A DNA stretch of 64,000 bases from the human T2T-CHM13v2.0 reference genome, Homo sapiens, in NCBI RefSeq assembly GCF_009914755.1, contig NC_060939.1; one strand, given 5' to 3'. The notes below the pieces were generated by a model. The model worked only from the letters and a program-made list of their open reading frames with translations. It was not told the DNA's origin and searched no databases. This document shows, in pieces, positions 13,864 through 26,599 of this stretch. A program made the position numbers and the translations under genes. Positions within the stretch are counted from its first letter, which is position 1. Every line of letters starts with the position of its first letter.

Positions 13864-14255
13864 TGTCTTAGTGTGCTCAGCTGTCATAGCAAAATACCAT
13901 AGACTGAGTGGCATAAACAGCAGACATTTATTTCTCACAGTTCTGGAGCCTGGAAGTTCAAGATCAAGGTGCCAGCATGGTCATTTCCTTGTGAGGACTC
14001 TCTTTTAGGTTGCAGACAGCTGCCTTCTTGCTGTATTCTCACATGGGGAAAGGGGGGATGGAGAGCGGAGAGAGAAACAACGAGCAAGCCTCTGGTCTCT
14101 TCTTATAAAGGCACTGATCCCACCATGAGAACCTTACCCTCATAACCTCATCCAAACCCAGTGATCTCGCAAAGCCCCATCTCCAAATACTGTCACATTG
14201 GGGGTTAGGGCTTCAACATCCACATTTTTTGGGAAATGATTCAGCCCATGGCACC
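13864..14255 (-). mobile_element. MaLR LTR (MLT1A/MST-like)
   Basis: TGTCTTAGT...AAATACCATAGACTGAGTGGC...CTCACAGTTCTGGAG..CAAGATCAAGGTGCCAGCA. Confidence 0.85.
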
Positions 14256-14276
14256 TAGTAAAATTAAAGATACATA

Positions 14277-14762
14277 GTGATGGTTAATTTTATGTGTCAA
14301 TGTGACTGGGCCACAGGGTGCCCAGAATAAACCTTATTTCTGGGTGTGTCAGGGAGGTTGATTCCAGCACCCAATCCTTTGAAGGCCTGAATAGAACAAA
14401 AAGGTGGAGGAAGGAGGAATTTGCTTCCTTTTTCTGGCTTCACTGCTTGAGCTGGGACATCTCATCTCATCTATCTCCTCTCCTCTCCTCTCCTCTCCTC
14501 TCCTCTCCTCTCCTCTCCTCTCATCTTCTCTGGCCCTCAGACTGGGTTACACCATCAGCTCCCCTGGTTTTCAGACCTTCAGACTTGGACTGAATTATAC
14601 CACCTGCATTACTGGGTCTCCAGTGTGCAGACATTAGATCATGGGACTTCTCAGCCTCTACAGTTGTGTGAGTGAATACCTCCTAATAAATCTGTCTATC
14701 TATTATCCATCCATTCACCCATCCCACTGGTTCTGTTTTCCTGGAGGACCCTGACTAACATA
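14277..14762 (+). mobile_element. MLT2 (ERVL) LTR containing a (CTCTC)n tract at ~14465-14525
   Basis: Starts GTGATGGTTAATTTTATGTGTCAA and ends GGTTCTGTTTTCCTGGAGGACCCTGACTAACA. Confidence 0.85.
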
Positions 14763-15400
14763 TGCACATATGTTGCTACCCAGCAATTCTGACCCTCTAC
14801 ATATGCATTAGAGACACATACGTACACGTGACCTAACAGGTGCATTGAACATTCTCAGCAGCACTGCTAGCAACAACAGCAGCAGAATGGACAGACACAC
14901 AAGACACATTCACACTGGGGGACACTGTGTAGCAGTGAAAATAGATGAAGCACATCTCCAGGCATGAGCCAGGAAGGATCTCACCAATGTTGGGCAGGAA
15001 GAACTGGCTGCAGAGGATACATACAAGTGATCTGGTTTATATGAAGCTAAAAAATAGGCACAACTGAGCACTATATTGTCTGTGAATATGCACATGTGGG
15101 ACATGGCTTCCAAGAAAGCCAAGGAAACAAGTAACCAAGTTCAGAGTATTTCCCTGGGGATGGGGTGGCAGGCTGTCAGAGGAGGGCACATTGACTAGGG
15201 GGTCATTGGTATTGGTAATGTTCTCTGTCTTAAACTTGGCTCACGGGATCATAGCAGTTTATTTTATCATTATTTTTAAAAATGTATTTGTGCATATATA
15301 CATATATATACACACACGCAATATAATACATATTTACATAATGTATGTCACATATACCGTATATCATATATAAAGCATGGCACTCTTGTATGCATATTTC

Positions 15401-15690
15401 TTTTTTTTTTTCGACACAGGGTTTTGCTCTTATTGCCCAGGCTGGAGTGCAATGGCAGGATCTCAGCTCACCGCAACCTCCGCCTCCCAGGTTCAAGTGA
15501 TTCCCCTGCCTCAGCCTCCCTCAGCTGGGATTACAGGCGTGCGCCACCATGCCCAGCTAATTTTGTATTTTTAATACAGATGGGGTTTCTCCATGTTGAT
15601 CAGTCTGGTCTTGAACTCCCGAACTCAGGTAATCTGCCCGCCTCAGCCTCCCAAAGTGCTGGGATTACAGGCGTGAGCCACTGCACCCAG
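15401..15690 (-). mobile_element. AluS with 16-bp TSD
   Basis: Full dimer. CTTGTATGCATATTTC occurs at 15385-15400 and 15691-15706. Confidence 0.95.
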
Positions 15691-16835
15691 CTTGTATGCA
15701 TATTTCAAATTAAAAAAGAATCTCGTTAGAGAAACAAAATGTAAAAAATAAAAAAATTAAAAATTCTCATTAGAAAAACAAAATAAATTTTTTTTAAAAA
15801 GGGAGAATTAATAAACACTGTAATATAGTCACGCAATGGAATACTAATCAACAATAAAAATCGCATTATTCATATGTATTAACAACATGAATGAATCTCC
15901 AAATAACTATGCTGAGATGCGTACATCTCACTGTGCTGAGCAACAGACACAAAACAATGTATGCTCCGTGGTTCTGTTGATATGCGTTCTGGGACAGACA
16001 TAACTATAGTGACAGAAATCAGATCAGTGAAAAGTGTGGGGAATGGAATTGATGAAATGGGCGAGAGGGAACCTTCTGGGCTGATGGAAATGTTCTATAC
16101 CTTGTTTAGGGTGGTGGTGATGTGGCTGTGTGTTTACATTAAAAAACCAATGAACTGTATCGTACATTTAACATCTCTGCATTTAACTGCATGAAAATTA
16201 TACCTCAATACAAATGAAAGTTCGGGGTGACAATTTAGCTCCTCCTTTGATTCTGCTGACAACTTCAGGCCTTAGACTACCCAAGGCTTGGAGAGGGAGG
16301 CTCTAGGACTGCTGGGAGCTGGTGAGGGCAGGACCATTGGCAGCTTGGCTATGGAGGGCAGGTGGGGGCTTCAGGCCAGCTAGGGGGTCACAGGCATAGA
16401 ATGTAAAAATGGCTGTTCCAGTAGCCTTCTCTTTTACATCAGAGCCAAGCAGAGTGGACGAACTGACTTTCACCCCGGGATGAGGCTTCAGGGTGACCGA
16501 TCCACTCTAGAAGAAGAATTCTAGTTAGGAGCCAGAACTGGGTATTGCAAGTCAGCTCCCAGGAGTGGAGGAAGCTTTGGTTTAGACAGAGGGCACACTC
16601 TGGGGTAACAGAGAGCCTCCACTCCAGGCCTCAGAGCCTGGAGCAGCTGTCTGGTCCTGAGTCCTCTTCCTCATCTGTGCAGCAGGAGCACTCACCACCA
16701 GGCTGATGTAAGGCTTGTAGATTACAGTGAGAGGTGCCCCAAGGATTCAGAGCTCAGGAAGTTACAGCTTTTATTATGACTGTGCACGACCTGCTGCACC
16801 CCTTTCCTCACTTATTTTCTTGCTGTGTCATATTT

Positions 16836-16995
16836 GTCATCATCATCTTCTTCCCCTTTTCTTCTTTCTCTCCTCCTCCTCCCTCTCCTTCATCCTCTTC
16901 TCCTTCTCTTTCTCCTCCTCCTCTCTCTCCTCCTCATCTCTCTCCTCCTCCTCCCCGCCGTTCTCCTCGTTCTTCTCCATTTTCCTTCTTCTTCA
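16836..16995. repeat. (TCC)n/(TTC)n pyrimidine-rich low-complexity tract
   Basis: Visible directly. It explains the Ser/Pro/Leu-rich ORFs here. Confidence 0.9.
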
Positions 16996-17029
16996 ATTGC
17001 AGCTCCCAAAGGCATTCAGCATATAATTT

Positions 17030-18455
17030 TGTTAATGGAAAAACCCAACTCTGTAAAGTATTTTAAAGAGTTTTATTCTGAGCTAATATGAGTGACCATG
17101 GCCCAGGGAACAGTCCTAAGAAAGTCCACCTGAGGTCGTCTGGTTACAGTTTGGTTTCATACATTTTAGGGAGACAGGAATTATAGGTGAAATAATAAAT
17201 TAATGCATAGAAGGTACACATTGGTTCAGCCTAAAGAGGCAGGCACTACTGAAGCAACGGGGTGTAGGTCATAAGTGGTTTCAAAGATTTTCAGATTGGC
17301 AATTGGTTGAAAGGATTTAGCTTTGACTAAAGACTTGAAGTCAGTGGAAAGGAATGGTTGAGTTAAGATAAGGGGGTTGTGGGGCCAAAGTTCTTGTTAT
17401 GTAGAGGAAGGCTCATAGGTGGCAGGCCTTGGAGAGAAGAATAGATGGTGAATGTCTCCTCTCAGACCTTAAAGGTGTCAGGCTCTCAGTTAATCTCTCC
17501 TAGATCAGGGAAAGGCCTAGAAAGGAAAGATCTGGCTGCATTAATGGCGATCTTCTACAGATGCAAATTTTCCCCACAAAAGATGGCTTTGTAGGGCTGT
17601 TTCAATCCGTCAGCCTTGTGGCAACCATTTCATTTATTTTTTAAAATTTACTTTTATTTTTAAATTATTCATACAGACAAGGTCTCACTATGCTGCCCAG
17701 GCTGATCTCGAACTCCTGGCCTCAAGCAATCTTGCCACCTAAGCCTCCCAAAGTGCTGGGATTACAGGTATGACCCACTGTACCCAGCCAAAATTTTTTT
17801 TCTTTTTTTTCTCTTTTCTTTCCTCCCTCCCTCCCTCCCTCCCTCCCTCCCTTTCTCTCTCTCTCTTTCAAGACAAGGTCTCACTCTGTCACCCAGACTG
17901 GGGTGCAGTGGCGTGATCATAGGACACTGCAGCCTTGAACTCCTGAGCTCCAGTAATCCTCCCACCTCCATCTCCCAAAGTGCTGGGATGACAGGTGTGA
18001 GCCACCACACCCAGCCAGCCATTTCAGAATGTGTCAGAGAAACATATTTTGGGGTAAAACGTTTTGATCTCCTTCAGGTCGGCTGTCATGTGATGATACA
18101 CCAGGGTCAGGATGGAAAGTAAGCCACATTGTACTGGGCTAATAGAAAACTGTCTAACGCGATTTCATGGTGTGTCAGGAGTGACTGAATCCCTGACTTG
18201 CATGGCTTCAGGTCTTGCTTATAATTTGGTATCTTATTGGCACAATAGTCTGTTTGGCTAGTCTTATAATCTCTATTTTAACCTAAATGCCAAAAAACAG
18301 GGGGTGTAACAAGGTGTGTCTGACCTCCCTTCCCATCATAACTGGGAATTCAGTTTCTCAAGTTTCTCTGGGGTTTTCTTGAGCAAGTTTTCTTGAGCAA
18401 TGAAGGGGGCCCATTCATTTGGTTGGAGGGCTTAGGATTTTATTTTTGGTTTACA
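17030..18455 (-). mobile_element. Solo ERV1 LTR (MER4-like), interrupted by Alu pieces at ~17632-18015
   Basis: Minus-strand start TGTAAACCAAAAATAAAATCCTAAG, TG/CA termini, and 4-bp TSD ATTT at 17026-17029 and 18456-18459. Confidence 0.85.
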
Positions 18456-18538
18456 ATTTTTATAAAACAAATAAATTGATACACCCTCCCTGTATTTGGT
18501 TTCAGAAATTAAAGAACAAACAAGGCTTTGCATAAGAC

Positions 18539-19366
18539 TGAGAAATAAAAATAAAATCAAAAGTCCCACAACAAACTGGATGGAATCTCCTCTTGGCCAA
18601 AGGCCCCTCAGAGAAAGAAAACTGATTTCCTGGCTCGCCGGTCCTTCCTCCCTCCCTCCCTCCCTCCTTCCTTCCTTCCTTCCTTCCTTCGTCATCCAGG
18701 CTGGAGTGCAGTGGTGCAACCTTCCACCAAGCAATTCTCCTGCCTCAGCCTCCCGAGTAGCTGGTATTATCAGTGCACACCACCATGCCCTACTAATTTT
18801 TGTATTTTTGGTAGATACGGGGTTTCACCATATTGGCCAGGCTGGTCTCAAACTCCTGACCTCAAGTGATCCACCCACCTCGGCCTCCCAAAGTGCTGGG
18901 ATTACAGGTGTGAGCCACCGTGCCTGGGCACAACCAACCAGCATTTCTTCCTGAAAACAGACCACCAGTGGCTCTGGCCAGTCGAGGGAGGATGCACAGT
19001 GAAGAGGGGTCCTCTGTCCACCTTTTGACATCACAAGTCCAAAAGCTCCACCCTCGGATCATGCTAACAACACCGTTTGTTGAACGTGGGCCCTATGGAG
19101 AGCCAGGAAGCTCGACTACGCATGCGCACATTTTTCCTTTCATAAATATTCATGACTCCTCCTATGCTTATTGACTATGCATATCTGGGCACACTGCTTA
19201 GCATAAATCCCTGACTTATTCTTCTCACTCTCTAGGTGCCTGTTCTGGCTTCTGGCCGGAGGCTACGCTTCTCAGCCTGTCAGAATGGCCACCCTGCAGG
19301 CTCAACACTGTATGAGAAAAAGCTCTCCTTTCTAAATGTATGAACCTTGTCGTTCTTCAGTTGACA
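18539..19366 (+). mobile_element. Solo ERV1 LTR (MER39-like), interrupted by an Alu at ~18645-18930
   Basis: TGAGAAATAAAAATAAAATC...CTCTTGGCCAA...TTCTTCAGTTGACA, with TSD AGAC at 18535-18538 and 19367-19370. Confidence 0.82.
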
Positions 19367-20127
19367 AGACGAAGCAGGCAGGTAGAAGGGAAAAGGAAGA
19401 GAAACTTCGCTTTCGTTTTTATAAGCCGTTTTTCCTGTTCATTAAATCTAATTCAGAAAATGTCAACTGAGTACCTCCTCTAGCTTGGGCACTGTGCTAG
19501 CTTCTAGGAAACACGAATAAAATGCTTTCCCTTGCCTGCCTCCCAGAGCTCTCTGGATTTTGTATTATAATAGGCTCAAAAGCTTCTAGAATAAACCTTG
19601 GTGAAGAAAACAATTGTTATGTATATCATGCAATCTCCCCCTAATTGATCCATTATATAAAGCCAGAATTTTTATATTTTGAATTTGTTTAAAATTAGAA
19701 ACAATCCATTTGGTTGGCCAGTTTTAGACTAACTGATGATTTCTGAAAATAATTTCCGGAGGCTTGAGAAGCTGGTTAGTCAAATTGGACAGAATATAAA
19801 GTTTTGAAAACAGGCCATGGTGCCTACTTGGGGGGGGGGTCTTCTTGCACTTGGCAGGTTCTTTGTGGGCTGATGGTGAAAAAGAAGCTGCTCTTGCTCT
19901 TGCAGAAGTTACAGCTGAGAAGGGGACACACGAAGGAAAGCACTTGAAGCGGATATAAGATGAACACTGAGGCTTCAAGTGTGGGCAAGGAGCTAGGGCA
20001 GCATGAGGGGTGATCCAGCCGTTATGGGAACTTCAAGGGGAGAGGGGGCTTGAGGAAGGAGAGGCACTTTGTTATGAGAAGACGATGAGGCTAGCAGACA
20101 TTCCAGGCAGAGGGGACAAAGCTGAGT

Positions 20128-21470
20128 GCCGGGATTAATTTTATGTGCCAGGCTGACTAGGTCACAGGCTGCATAGATAGCTGGTAAAACATGATTTCTG
20201 GGTGTGTCTGTGAGGGTGTTTGTGGAAGAGACTGGCATTTGAATCAGTACACAGAGTAAGGTGGATGGCCCTTACTAGTACAGGCAGGTATCATCCCATC
20301 TGCTGAGGGCCTGAACAGAACAACAAGGGAGAAGAAGGGCAGATGGGCTTTCTTTCCTCCAGCTGGGCCATCCCTCTTCTCCTACCCTCAGGCATCAGTG
20401 CTCCTGGTTTCTGGGCCTTCAGACTCAAATAGTGAGAGACAGGACTAGCTGGATTTCCTAGGCTGACTAAGAATTCCTAAGCCTAGCTGGGGAAGGTGAC
20501 CACACCTACCTTTAAACAAGGGGCTTGTAACTCAGCTCACACCCGACCAATCAGGTAGTAAAGAGGGCTCACTAAAATACAAATTAGGCTAAAAGCAGGA
20601 GGTAAAGAAATAGTCAATCATCTATCACCTGAGAGCACAGGGGCAGGGACAATGATTGGGATATAAACCCCAGGCATTCGAGCTGGGCGTGGGCAACCCC
20701 CTTTGGGTCCCTACCCATTTTATGGGAGCTCTGTTTTCACTCTATTAAATCTTGCAACTGCACACTCTTCTGGTCCATGTTTGTTCTGGCTCGAGCTGAG
20801 CTTTCTCTCACCGTCCACCACTGCTGTTCGCCGGCATCCCAGACTCTCCATTGACTTCCACCCCTCCGGATCCGGCAGGGTGTCTGCTGCATTTCCGATC
20901 CAGCGAGGCGCCCATTGCCACTCCTGTTCGGGCTAAAGGTTCGCCATTGTTCCTGCACGGCTAAGGCTCGGGTTTCTGCTAATCAAGCTGAACACTAGTC
21001 ACTGGGTTCCACGTTCTCTTCCATGACCCACGGCTTCTAACAGAGCTATAACACTCACCGCATGGCCCAAGGTTTCATTCCTTGGAATCCGTGAGGCCAA
21101 GAACCCCAAGTCAGAGAATAAAAGGCTGGCCGCCATCTTGGGAGCGGCTGCCACCCTCTTGGCAGCTCTAAGAACAAAGACCCACCCGTAACAATAGGAC
21201 TTAGACCATGGACCTCCAATTCTCCGCCTTCGGTCTTGGATTGGGACTTATGCCATCGGCTCCTCTCAGGCCTTCAGGTTTGGACTTAAATGAGACTCCC
21301 AGCTTTTCTGGGCCTCCAGCTTGCAGTAGTCAGGCCATGGAACTTCTTAGTGTCCATAATCACATGAGCCAATACTTCATAATAAATTTCTTCCTATAGC
21401 TATATAAATTGAATATAAATATAGATCTATGTATATCCAATGGGCCTTCTCTGGAGAGCTCTAATATACT
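20128..21470 (+). mobile_element. MLT2 LTR split by the LTR17 insertion
   Basis: TTAATTTTATGTGCCAGGCTGACTAGG..TTTCTGGGTGTGTCTGTGAGGGTGTTT before 20432 and CATAATCACATGAGCCAAT..CATAATAAAT after 21197. Confidence 0.8.
20433..21193 (+). mobile_element. Full-length solo HERV-W LTR (LTR17)
   Basis: Starts TGAGAGACAGGACTAGCTGGATTTCCTAGG and ends CCCGTAACA. TSD ATAG at 20429-20432 and 21194-21197. CCAAT at 20547, ATATAAA at 20661 and ATTAAA at 20744. Confidence 0.93.
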
Positions 21471-22750
21471 GAGAGACATCAATGATTTCTCAGTCAGGGC
21501 AGGCTAGATAATGCTGAGTAACAGACAACCCTAAGGTTACCATGGCTTAAGGCAGCAAGGTGGACGTATCTCTCACGCTCACGTCATCTTTATTGGCAGT
21601 GGGCTCTGCTCCCAGGCTGATGGAACCACCATCTATGGCATCGCTGTCTCCTTGGTCTGGGAGAACCCAGTGAATCACATGCTCTTCAAAGCTTCTCTGC
21701 AGAAGCCACACATGTCCCTTTCGCTCACATCTTAGTAGCCAAAGCAAGTAACATGGTCACACCTAACTTCAAGGGCATGGGGTCGTGCCATCCTGCCATA
21801 TATCCAGAATGAGAGGAAACGCTATAGATGAAAGCCTCGAAGCATATTGACCCTTCATGGCGGGTCAGAAGTGGCAGGGGTGAATGGAAGCAGGCTGGTG
21901 AGATTGTGAAGTGCCCTGACAGGCTCCATAGTTCAGACCCTGGAGCTGTGGAAGGCCTCTCATAAACAGACTCAGACACACAAGGTATGTTTAAGCTTCC
22001 CAAAGAGGATGCTGGTGGTGGGGTGGAGAAGGTCTCAGCAACCAGGGACAGGGAGGAAGATTCTGCATTGACTGTGGGACAAAGTGGAGGAGAGGTGATG
22101 AATTTGAGAGGTATTTCTGAGGTAAAATCAGTGGGATTTGGTGAAAGACTTGCTCTGTCAAGAGAGGAATTTAAGACAGGGTGGAGGGTTTTCAGTTGGG
22201 AGCTGAGGCCATTGATTTTATGACTAAGAGCAAAGGTTAAGCAGAAACAGAGGCTCAAGGGGAGACAAGCTGGATCTGGGACGCTTGGGGTTTGAGATTC
22301 CTGGGGCATCCAAGACATCGCGTCTCCTTGACACGCAAGGCAGAAGCCCCAGGCGCTAGGTTGAGAGTTATCTTCGGAGGCTGCTGAAGGGCTGGCGGTG
22401 GGTGGGCACCCCGAGACAGAGGGCACATAGTGAGAGGGAGGCTCTGGCTGGAAGTCGGGCACACACAGGTGGAGATGCAGGGGGCAGCCAGCGGGCCGCG
22501 CGTGAACACCGAGGGGAGGAAGCTTCCACGGAGCAGCTTCAGCTTCAGGGACAGCCCTGGCGGACGCGGGGGAGCCGGGGGAGCCATGAACTCGAAAAGG
22601 AGACATCCGTGGGATACTCAGAAATCATTGGCGATATTTGAGAGAGCAATTGCAGTGCAGCTGTGGGGGCAGACACCGCCAAAGGTGGAAGGCCCTTCTT
22701 CAAAGGGCTTCACACAAGCTCTTTCCTCAGCTCAGAAATTCCCTGGCTTC

Positions 22751-23050
22751 CGGCTGAGGGTGGTGGCTCACGCCTGAATCCCAGCACTTTGGGAGGCCGA
22801 GGTGGGCGGGTCATGAGGTCAGGAGTTCGAGACCAGCCTGGCTAACCTGGTGAAACCCTGTCTCACTAAAAATACAAAAATTAGCCCGGCGTGGTGGCAC
22901 GCACCTGTAATCCTAGCTACTTGGGAGGCTGAGGCAGGAGAATCGCTTGAGTGGAAGTTGCTGTGAACCTAGATCGCGCCACTGCACTCCAGCCTGGGCG
23001 ACAGAGCGAGACTCCGTCTCAAAGAAACAAAAACAAAAAAACAAAATAAA
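22751..23050 (+). mobile_element. AluS with small right-arm deletion
   Basis: Alu dimer flanked by the degenerate TSD AGAAATTCC(C/T)T(G/A)GCTTCC. Confidence 0.92.
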
Positions 23051-24099
23051 AGAAATTCCTTAGCTTCCTTAGTATGTAAAATAATCTGGAAGAGCATTTC
23101 TCACTCCCCTGGGCTCTCCCCTCTGGAGGCCTCCCCACCCGTTGCGCCCCAGGAGCCTCTACTCCTGCAGCCTAGTGTGTAGCGCCCACTGCCCTCTCCT
23201 GCGCAGCCGGGGCCTGGCTCTCCTCTCCCTGCCCATGCTCAGCTGCCTCCGCGCCCGGCGGGGATCGGGCATGTGCTGTGCTCATCTGTGCAGCCTCAGT
23301 GTCCGTCTCATAGAAGAGGTCCAGGAAAATTCATCAGCTTTGAATGAGGGGAGGTGGGGGAGCGAGCATACCTGCAGGCTGAGAAGGAGTCAGTAAAGAA
23401 AGAGAGGTGGAAAACAAAAAAGAAGAAAGACTATGGCATCGGGGGGAGATGGGGCAAGAGTGCAGGAGAAGGGATTTCCTTGGCAAAGGCGTAGGGATGC
23501 TCCTACCAGGGACAGAATGCAAAACAAAAAGAGCAAGAAAAGTGGTGGATAAATCCACGTCCAGTTAAAGATGGCGGGCTGAACACCCGTATTTATCTCA
23601 GCTCCTTCCGGAACCGCAGGAAGTTATAGTCGGGGAGAAAACAGTGTATAGACCGACCTAGTGGACAAGAGCATCCGATGATTAGAGGAAAGGAAGGCAG
23701 CAGGGAAAGAACAGAGAAGGAGTCGCCACTGAGATGTGCAAAGAGCCCGGAGTCTCCCTGCAGAGCCCGGGAAGCCTGGGCGCCGGGAACCCCAGAACAC
23801 CAGGAGAGGGTGCATTGACTGCAGAAGCACATACCCTCCCCCTACACAGAAGAAACGCATCCAGAAGCCTGTGAACTCTGGCAGTGGGAGAGAGGGGTGA
23901 GAGACTGGTGTGAGAACAGGTTACCTGTCTGTTGTGGAAGGGGAGAGCTTCCAGCCCTGCCCCGGCTTGCTCCACAGCACAGGTAGACACACCTGTGCTT
24001 GGTCCACACCACCCCAGGGTGCAGACTGGATGCCTCATTACTATAATAACTAAATAGCCCCAAAGTAAAGACCTGCAACTTCTCTAACTTGGGTCCCAG

Positions 24100-25035
24100 C
24101 TCAATCACCCTAAGGAAAATTGTTATCTCCAATTAGATTTCAATCATTTACTTTTAAATATATACAAAGAATCATCAAACATTTGAGAAAGCATCATACA
24201 CGAAAGTTAGAGCTCAAAACAAACAGGGAAAAACATAATATCCCCCAAAATACTGCACCTATGAAAAAAAACAGGAAGGCATTACAAATAATAAAGAACA
24301 AAAAAGTGCTTTTAGGAATTAAAATTATAGGCTGGGCACAGTGGCTCATGCCTGTGAACCGAACACTGTAAGGGGCCAAGGCAGGAGGATTGCTTTGAGC
24401 CTAGAAGTTTGAGACAAGCCTGGGCAACATAGTGAGACCCCCATCTCTATTAATTAAAAGGAAAAAGAAAATTTTTAAAAGAACTTTAAAAATAAGAAAT
24501 TAAAAGTATATCAAATTAAAAATTTTAATGAGTAGAAAAAGTCAACGAAATATCCTAGAAAATATTTATAGATTCAAAAAGACAAAGGTGAAAATATAAA
24601 GGAAAAGAGAAAAAGTAGACTCTAAATGTACAAAGAATTATAAATTCCATAAAGGAATAACCGAAGAAACAGAGAGAAGAGGAATTTATCAATAGAATAA
24701 GAAAAAACTGTCAAGAGGAAGGGACAAGAGTTTTCAGATTTAAAGTGTCAGTTATGTATCCCAGGAAAATACTGAAAAATTTTTTCAAGTATTTTTTCCA
24801 AGGCAACTCATGTCACTGTAAAATTTTTATAACGCAGCTATAAAGGAAAGATCCTAAACACTTCCAGAAAGACAAAATAACAATCACATGCAAATAACTG
24901 GGAACGAGGATGGCTTCCAACCAACTTCTAAGCTGCAACATTGCAAGGTGGAAGGCACTGGAAGGCCTTCAAAATGCCAAGGGAAAGTTATTTTCAACCT
25001 GGAATTTCATTGTCAAGCTATTATCAGTCAATTAT
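24100..25035 (+). mobile_element. Ancient L1 ORF1-region remnant with an Alu monomer at ~24330-24470
   Basis: A-rich, with L1-like phrases such as AAAGATCCTAAACACTTCCAGAAAG and TTTTCAACCTGGAATT. Confidence 0.6.
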
Positions 25036-25061
25036 GAGCAAGGATAAAGCAAGCAAAGGAC

Positions 25062-25495
25062 CTGACCAATGCTCTTACCTTGATCTAACTCTAGTCCGGC
25101 TCCTCTGAATTCTGACTGGGCCCTGACCTTGGGCTCTGTTCTTGGCCCACTTACTCTGACCTTAGCAAGAATCCTCCTGAGTCACTTAGTGAAAATCCCC
25201 CACCCTTAGTCTGACCACTCTTGCTATCTTATCACCCTGGCTACCTTCAGCAAAAATTCAGATAGGTCATTTTAGCAAAGAACTGCCTTAGCAAAGAATG
25301 ACTCTTGGTAATTTTCCATCCACCAGCCCCCCACACCTGCTTCTTGCCTATACATCTGCATTTTTGCTTATTGTAGTCAGAATTGAGCCAGTGTCTCTTG
25401 CCTACTACAAAACCCCACTGTGGCAGCCCCCCTTGAATAAAGTCTTCCTTACCACCTTTTACTTAACAAGTGCCAGGAGTATTTTTCTCTTTAAT
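25062..25495 (+). mobile_element. ERV1 LTR (MER31-like)
   Basis: CTTGATCTAACTCTAGTCCGGCTCCTCTGA...TTAGCAAGAATCCT...AATAAAGTCTTCCTTACC. Confidence 0.65.
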
Positions 25496-26599
25496 AGATC
25501 ACACAATTTATTTCCAGTACACTCTTGCTAAGGAAGCTACTGGAAGATTTCACCCAAAATAGGGAGTAAATGAAGAAGAAGGAGATATCTGACTAAGAAA
25601 TGGAATACAATGCTGGGGAGGGTGGAGGGGACCGCTCCAGGTGGTAAGTGAAGGCCAGGGGGGCAGGCTTGCTGCCTGCAGCAGCAGGAGGGGGCTAGAA
25701 GAGAGCCCTGCAGGGAAAGACAGAACTGATACCTGCTATGTGGGGAAACGGCTCCCTGGTAAAAACAAATCAAAACCTGACTTGTAGCATTGGCTGATTT
25801 CTGTACTGTAAAGGCTCTCACCATGCTGTGTTGAGCAACTAAATTATAGAATTCCTGAATATTTAACAGCAGATTCTTTCAGCCAGTAGGAGGTGGCACG
25901 AGTACACTGCCCGAACCAGTCCATTACCTGATGTGTTTGTGTGGAAAACAGCATTGAGAGGCATTTTGCTGTCCCATTAGGTGGGACAAGATGAATTTGG
26001 GATAGCTATATAGAAAATGAGGCAAAGGGAACAGTCAGTTTTAATTCCAAACAAGTATAAAAAACTTACGTGAGACAGCAAATGGGACTAGCCTAGCAGT
26101 ATATTGGGCTCAGTGTTGAAAATGTAAGCAATGAAAACTGATTTAACAGAAATGGGGATAGATTGGAAGCATTGGGGTGGGAGGGGCAGGTAAGTGCTAA
26201 GTTTTCATCTCATAGCAGACAGTGGATGGATAATCAATCAATAAACAGGACAACAAGCATTTTTATTTAGAACTTTGGAAGAACCAGGTTGAAAGTAGAA
26301 TTCAACCTCAGGCAGGGAGGGAGGTGTTGGCAACTGCCTTTTTTAAATGTCATGGTTTAGGTCCTTTTGGGCACCTTAAACCATGAGCACGTAGTCCTTG
26401 GGTAGGCAAAAAGATTGTGTTTTAAAGGCGATGCGTACTCCAGAAGTGGGGAGGAGCTCAGGCAAGTCTACTGGACAGTGGATCAGGAAAGGGAGGGCTA
26501 AGGGGAAAAGCTTTTGCATGCTTCCTCTGTAGCAAATCCACTTAGAGATTCTGATCCTCCTCCTCTACCTCTTCCTCCTCCTTTGCTTCCTCTTCTTCT

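Noticed and set aside
21725-22606. 293-aa minus-strand ORF
   Set aside because: Ser/Pro/Leu-rich, runs across apparent L2 and MaLR remnants in GC-rich DNA, and has no coding motifs or exon structure.
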